A stretch of DNA of 63,188 nucleotides, counting the filler, from Licmophora abbreviata (lineage: Eukaryota): NCBI GenBank assembly GCA_900291995.1. It is 8 parts of 8 records of this genome, joined end to end, with 100 filler letters (N's around TTAATTAATTAA, not from the genome) between each part and the next. Parts side by side here need not be neighbours in the genome. Positions count along the whole stretch, not along the records: positions 39,934 to 61,212 come from OLMU01003378.1; positions 61,313 to 63,188 come from OLMU01003390.1; 6 more parts are not named here. The stretch is one strand, 5' to 3'. The position numbers were made by a program, and so were the translations under genes. Of the stretch, positions 59,831 to 63,188 are shown one piece after another; position 1 is the stretch's first letter; the number at the start of each line of letters is the position of its first letter. The notes beneath the pieces were generated by a model. The model searched no databases. It worked only from the letters and a program-made list of their open reading frames with translations, and was not told where the DNA came from.

Positions 59831-61195
59831 TTACTTTCGGTTCCAGTTGATGATGGCTGCGACCATTGAGCAGTTCTCAAAGAAGTCAACGATAACTACG
59901 TTCTGTTCTTGCTCATTCCACTCGTCTTCGACCCAATCGACAACCTTGGTGCTCACACGTTTCGCAATCGATTCGAGAGACGTACTGACGTTGCTGTCCA
60001 TGATTTCTTCCTTGATAAGATCGCCATCGGGTGTCAAGATTCCTTGAAGCACGAAGAACTTGTCCGTCTCGCGCTGGCTGACGTTATTCTGGAGCTTGTC
60101 GTGTAATTCTGTCGTGTCGTTGGACTCTGGCCAGGGCGATCGGATGCAGAATGGCGCCCAAACCTTGCCGCCATACTCCTCGCATACGCCGCCGTTCTGA
60201 TAGAGAAGGACTGCTTGGGCGCTGGCAGCCCAGTACTCCCCTACCGTACTCTGTGGTTTGAGTTGCTTATAGTTGGCGACCTTGTCTCCCAACGTGGCCA
60301 GCATATCGTCTAGGAGCTCCTTGTGGTGTCCATCCATGTTATAGAGATGGTTGATATCGATAAGAACGATTTCTGTTGGGAACTGGGTCAGGAAGGTGTT
60401 GATCTCTTCCGTGACAATCTTCATGTCAACACAGTGCACGCCGTGGCACGTGTAGAACTTGCCGCTGTCTTCGTGAAAGGCGACGCGAATGTCCAAGTAT
60501 CGAATGCCCGCATCAAGCTGTTCCTTGATTGTCTTGTCTTGGCACCTACAGATCTTGTCGAAGACTTGTCCGAGGATGCGGTCCGAGATCGCGCCCCCAA
60601 TCTTGCGAAAGAATCCTCCATCACCATCCCCCTCCAGCTTGTCTTGGATGCCCATGGTCAGATCCGAGTCCGGAGATGCTCCCGCGTCCTCGTCCCACTG
60701 GTACGTGGCACTATCGTGCGTGCCAGGAAGGCCTACGGCACAGAGCGGTTTCGTCTTAATGGCGTCGGCAAGATCGCTCATCCAGGTCGTGGTATGAAAA
60801 CCGTCGTAGATACGGACCTCTATCCTGACTACATCGTCCTCTTCCTCCACGTCCGTGGCAACCTTGACGGCTCCATCCTCGTCCGTACTGCCTTCGAACC
60901 ACCAATCACTGGCGTTGCACCACATTTTGACGGAATCACCCGCTCCTCCATCGTTCGTCTTGACAACCAGATTGAAACTTCCATCCTTCTGGAAGAAAAC
61001 CTTCTTTTCTCCTTCAATGTACTGGTATTTACCATTGTACTTGCCCTCTCCCTCAACGGGAAGCTGCGTGCCCGGACCTAGCGAGCCCTGAATGAACTCC
61101 ATGCCGCCATCGTCGATTTCTTCGCTTTCTTCAACGCTGACAACAACGCTTAGCGAAGACTTGTTTTGAATACGGACGTAGGCTCCTTTTCCCAT
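59831..61195 (-). CDS. PI-specific phospholipase C X-domain protein (PLCXD-like) with extra N-terminal domain
   Basis: Motifs LPGTHDS, CQ..TI.EQL.AGIRYLDIR, CHG and P.EIVLID.NH. Confidence 0.85.
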   Translation of the reverse strand: MGKGAYVRIQNKSSLSVVVSVEESEEIDDGGMEFIQGSLGPGTQLPVEGEGKYNGKYQYIEGEKKVFFQKDGSFNLVVKTNDGGAGDSVKMWCNASDWWFEGSTDEDGAVKVATDVEEEDDVVRIEVRIYDGFHTTTWMSDLADAIKTKPLCAVGLPGTHDSATYQWDEDAGASPDSDLTMGIQDKLEGDGDGGFFRKIGGAISDRILGQVFDKICRCQDKTIKEQLDAGIRYLDIRVAFHEDSGKFYTCHGVHCVDMKIVTEEINTFLTQFPTEIVLIDINHLYNMDGHHKELLDDMLATLGDKVANYKQLKPQSTVGEYWAASAQAVLLYQNGGVCEEYGGKVWAPFCIRSPWPESNDTTELHDKLQNNVSQRETDKFFVLQGILTPDGDLIKEEIMDSNVSTSLESIAKRVSTKVVDWVEDEWNEQEQNVVIVDFFENCSMVAAIINWNRK

Positions 61196-61212
61196 GATTA
61201 TGAGGCTGGGGC

Positions 61213-61312
61213 NNNNNNNNNNNNNNNNNNNNNNNNNNNNNNNNNNNNNNNNNNNNTTAATTAATTAANNNNNNNNNNNNNNNNNNNNNNNNNNNNNNNN
61301 NNNNNNNNNNNN
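61213..61312. other. Artificial contig spacer
   Basis: Same 100-nt linker. Confidence 0.97.
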
Positions 61313-63188
61313 ACTAGAGAGACTCTGCTGAGCACTCGTAGTCTAGCAAGTACTCGTGGAAAGTACCGATACCTGGTAATCGGTATCTCTATCTCTGTAA
61401 CTCTGGTACAACCAGAAATATAACATTTGTCTAGCGGCTAAAGGTACCGGTGTCTGTACAACCAGGTGACAACAGGACCAAGAAACAATCAACCATGCCA
61501 AGAAGTGAGATGATTCTTGTTTGTAGCTCCGAGCCGGCCACATCTCGCTAGCTCAGTATTGGGTACTGGTATCATACTGGTAGGTACATTTGAGTTACTG
61601 CAGATAGGCAATCACTTCTATTTTTGCGTAGAAGAGTTCCTATTACTCTCTGTCCAGGTTCTGTATTGCTCGGGGTAGGCGACAGAGGTGGGTGAAAAGA
61701 AGACCCAATCTCGAAAAGGAACATTCAACACGCATAAACGATAAATGATGCAGGCAAGGGTTATTTCAAAACAACATACACTTTCCGCTCCATGTTGCCC
61801 TTTTTTCGACTAAAGCCCTAGTCGCCTTGCATCAAATCCTGAAAGCAAAACAAGAACAACACTTCGATACAACTGCAAGTGAAGCACCTACTCAAAATAA
61901 GATGTTTGAATTCGCCACCTTGAAATATATTTTCTGTTCAAAAGTAATGTTTGCCGATTGAATGGTAGCATCAAACTCTCCTCCTTAAGCAGTACTCGGA
62001 CGGGAATCGTCCAGCCGCTTAGATCCTGAGATGAGAAAACTCTATTTCCGCTATTAATTAGGTTTCGCAAAACCTGTCAGGCGCCTTAAAAATCTAGAGA
62101 TCCGCAGCTTAAACATATATTAAACGAAATACAATAGCAGTAGGAACATACAAGCTGATATAAGGATGCTGTACTCACCGGAGAGAGCCCCCATTGAGAC
62201 CTTTGGAAAGATGTCAGCTTAGAAAACTCTCCGATACTACTCATAGCTTCCGTGGCAGCACCCACATACCTAGATTCACAGGTAGTCTTCGCAGTAAGCA
62301 GCCTACCACTTCCTTATTTTGCCTTGATTATTTACTTTTTACGCACAAATACGCTTGTAGTCCTAATACATATCCAATCGTGAGATGAGAGAAACTTCAT
62401 TATACCGTATAAGAGACAGAGATCTATTCTCATCTAGCTTTTCTTCCGTTTAAAAATTAGTAAACGCTTTTCAACATGAAAGCGAAGTCATGGCCCTGGT
62501 CGCATGAAAAGTCAAATATCTGATTCGAGTCCCCCTTAGACATTCTTAAACTCTAGTGAAAAATCAATGCTTGCTCCCTAGAAAGCGTGTGCAAAGCAGT
62601 GAACACGAATCTCATCTCAGGGTTTTCTTTTAATTTAGTTAATGTGTACCTGTAGGTGTTGTGTAGGGTCTATTTCTGAGTCTTTCAGAAGGCAACGAGA
62701 GCTGAAGATCACCGCGAATCCATGCCGTACGTCGAAGTTTTCTGATTGTGGTAGTAATAATGGAGCATCGTGGGACGTCGTGCTTGAAAGATATCAGCGG
62801 GCACGGCGCAACTCAGAAACGGGCAGTCTGCATACTTTATAACGCATTCGAAGTAAGTACGGCAAATCTCGGGAGTTTTACGAGGTACCGGTAATTCATC
62901 CTTGTGATAGACAGGGAAATGCCTTTCGAGAATACTGATGGAGATGGAGACAACACACACCCTAGGAAAGCTTGGGCTGCAAATATTTATACTGTGATTG
63001 CAGGGGCATGTCCGTCTGTGTGCCTGTGTGTAACAGTTGGGCTTTTGGCGTCACAAGACATTCCACAAAAGTCAAGGGACAAATTGTCATGGTCATGTTG
63101 CGAGGCGCATTCGTAGGGTGGTGAGAAGCAGAAAGTCCATTTTGAGTCTACCAGGCGGGAACAGGCGTCAGGTGTCATGTCGTTTTCT

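Overview
This is gene-dense eukaryotic nuclear DNA from a photosynthetic stramenopile, almost certainly a diatom. The evidence is bipartite ASAFAP-type plastid presequences, an FCP/LHC gene, a bZIP-LOV aureochrome and short GT-AG introns. About 37 protein genes can be reconstructed, including RNR small subunit, bacterial-type glucokinase, DGAT2, NAPRT, L-LDH, AsnRS, PDX1, a two-pore channel, serine dehydratase, CDC20, prohibitin, VPS2, LHC, AUREO2, NAE1, kinesin-14, Rab1, 6PGL and PI-PLC-X. Seven artificial 100-nt contig spacers (N44-TTAATTAATTAA-N44) interrupt the window. I found no convincing rRNA, tRNA, CRISPR array or intact transposon, and no clearly novel multi-gene system. The best leads are: (1) a spliced 81-aa plastid-targeted microprotein missing from the ORF track; (2) a hidden last exon that makes the glucokinase tail-anchored; (3) an AUREO2-type LOV domain with Val at the flavin-pocket position but no signalling Gln; (4) an internally duplicated helical orphan protein; (5) a foreign sequence interrupting serine dehydratase; and (6) two single-base frameshifts. 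All family assignments come from motif recognition, not database searches.
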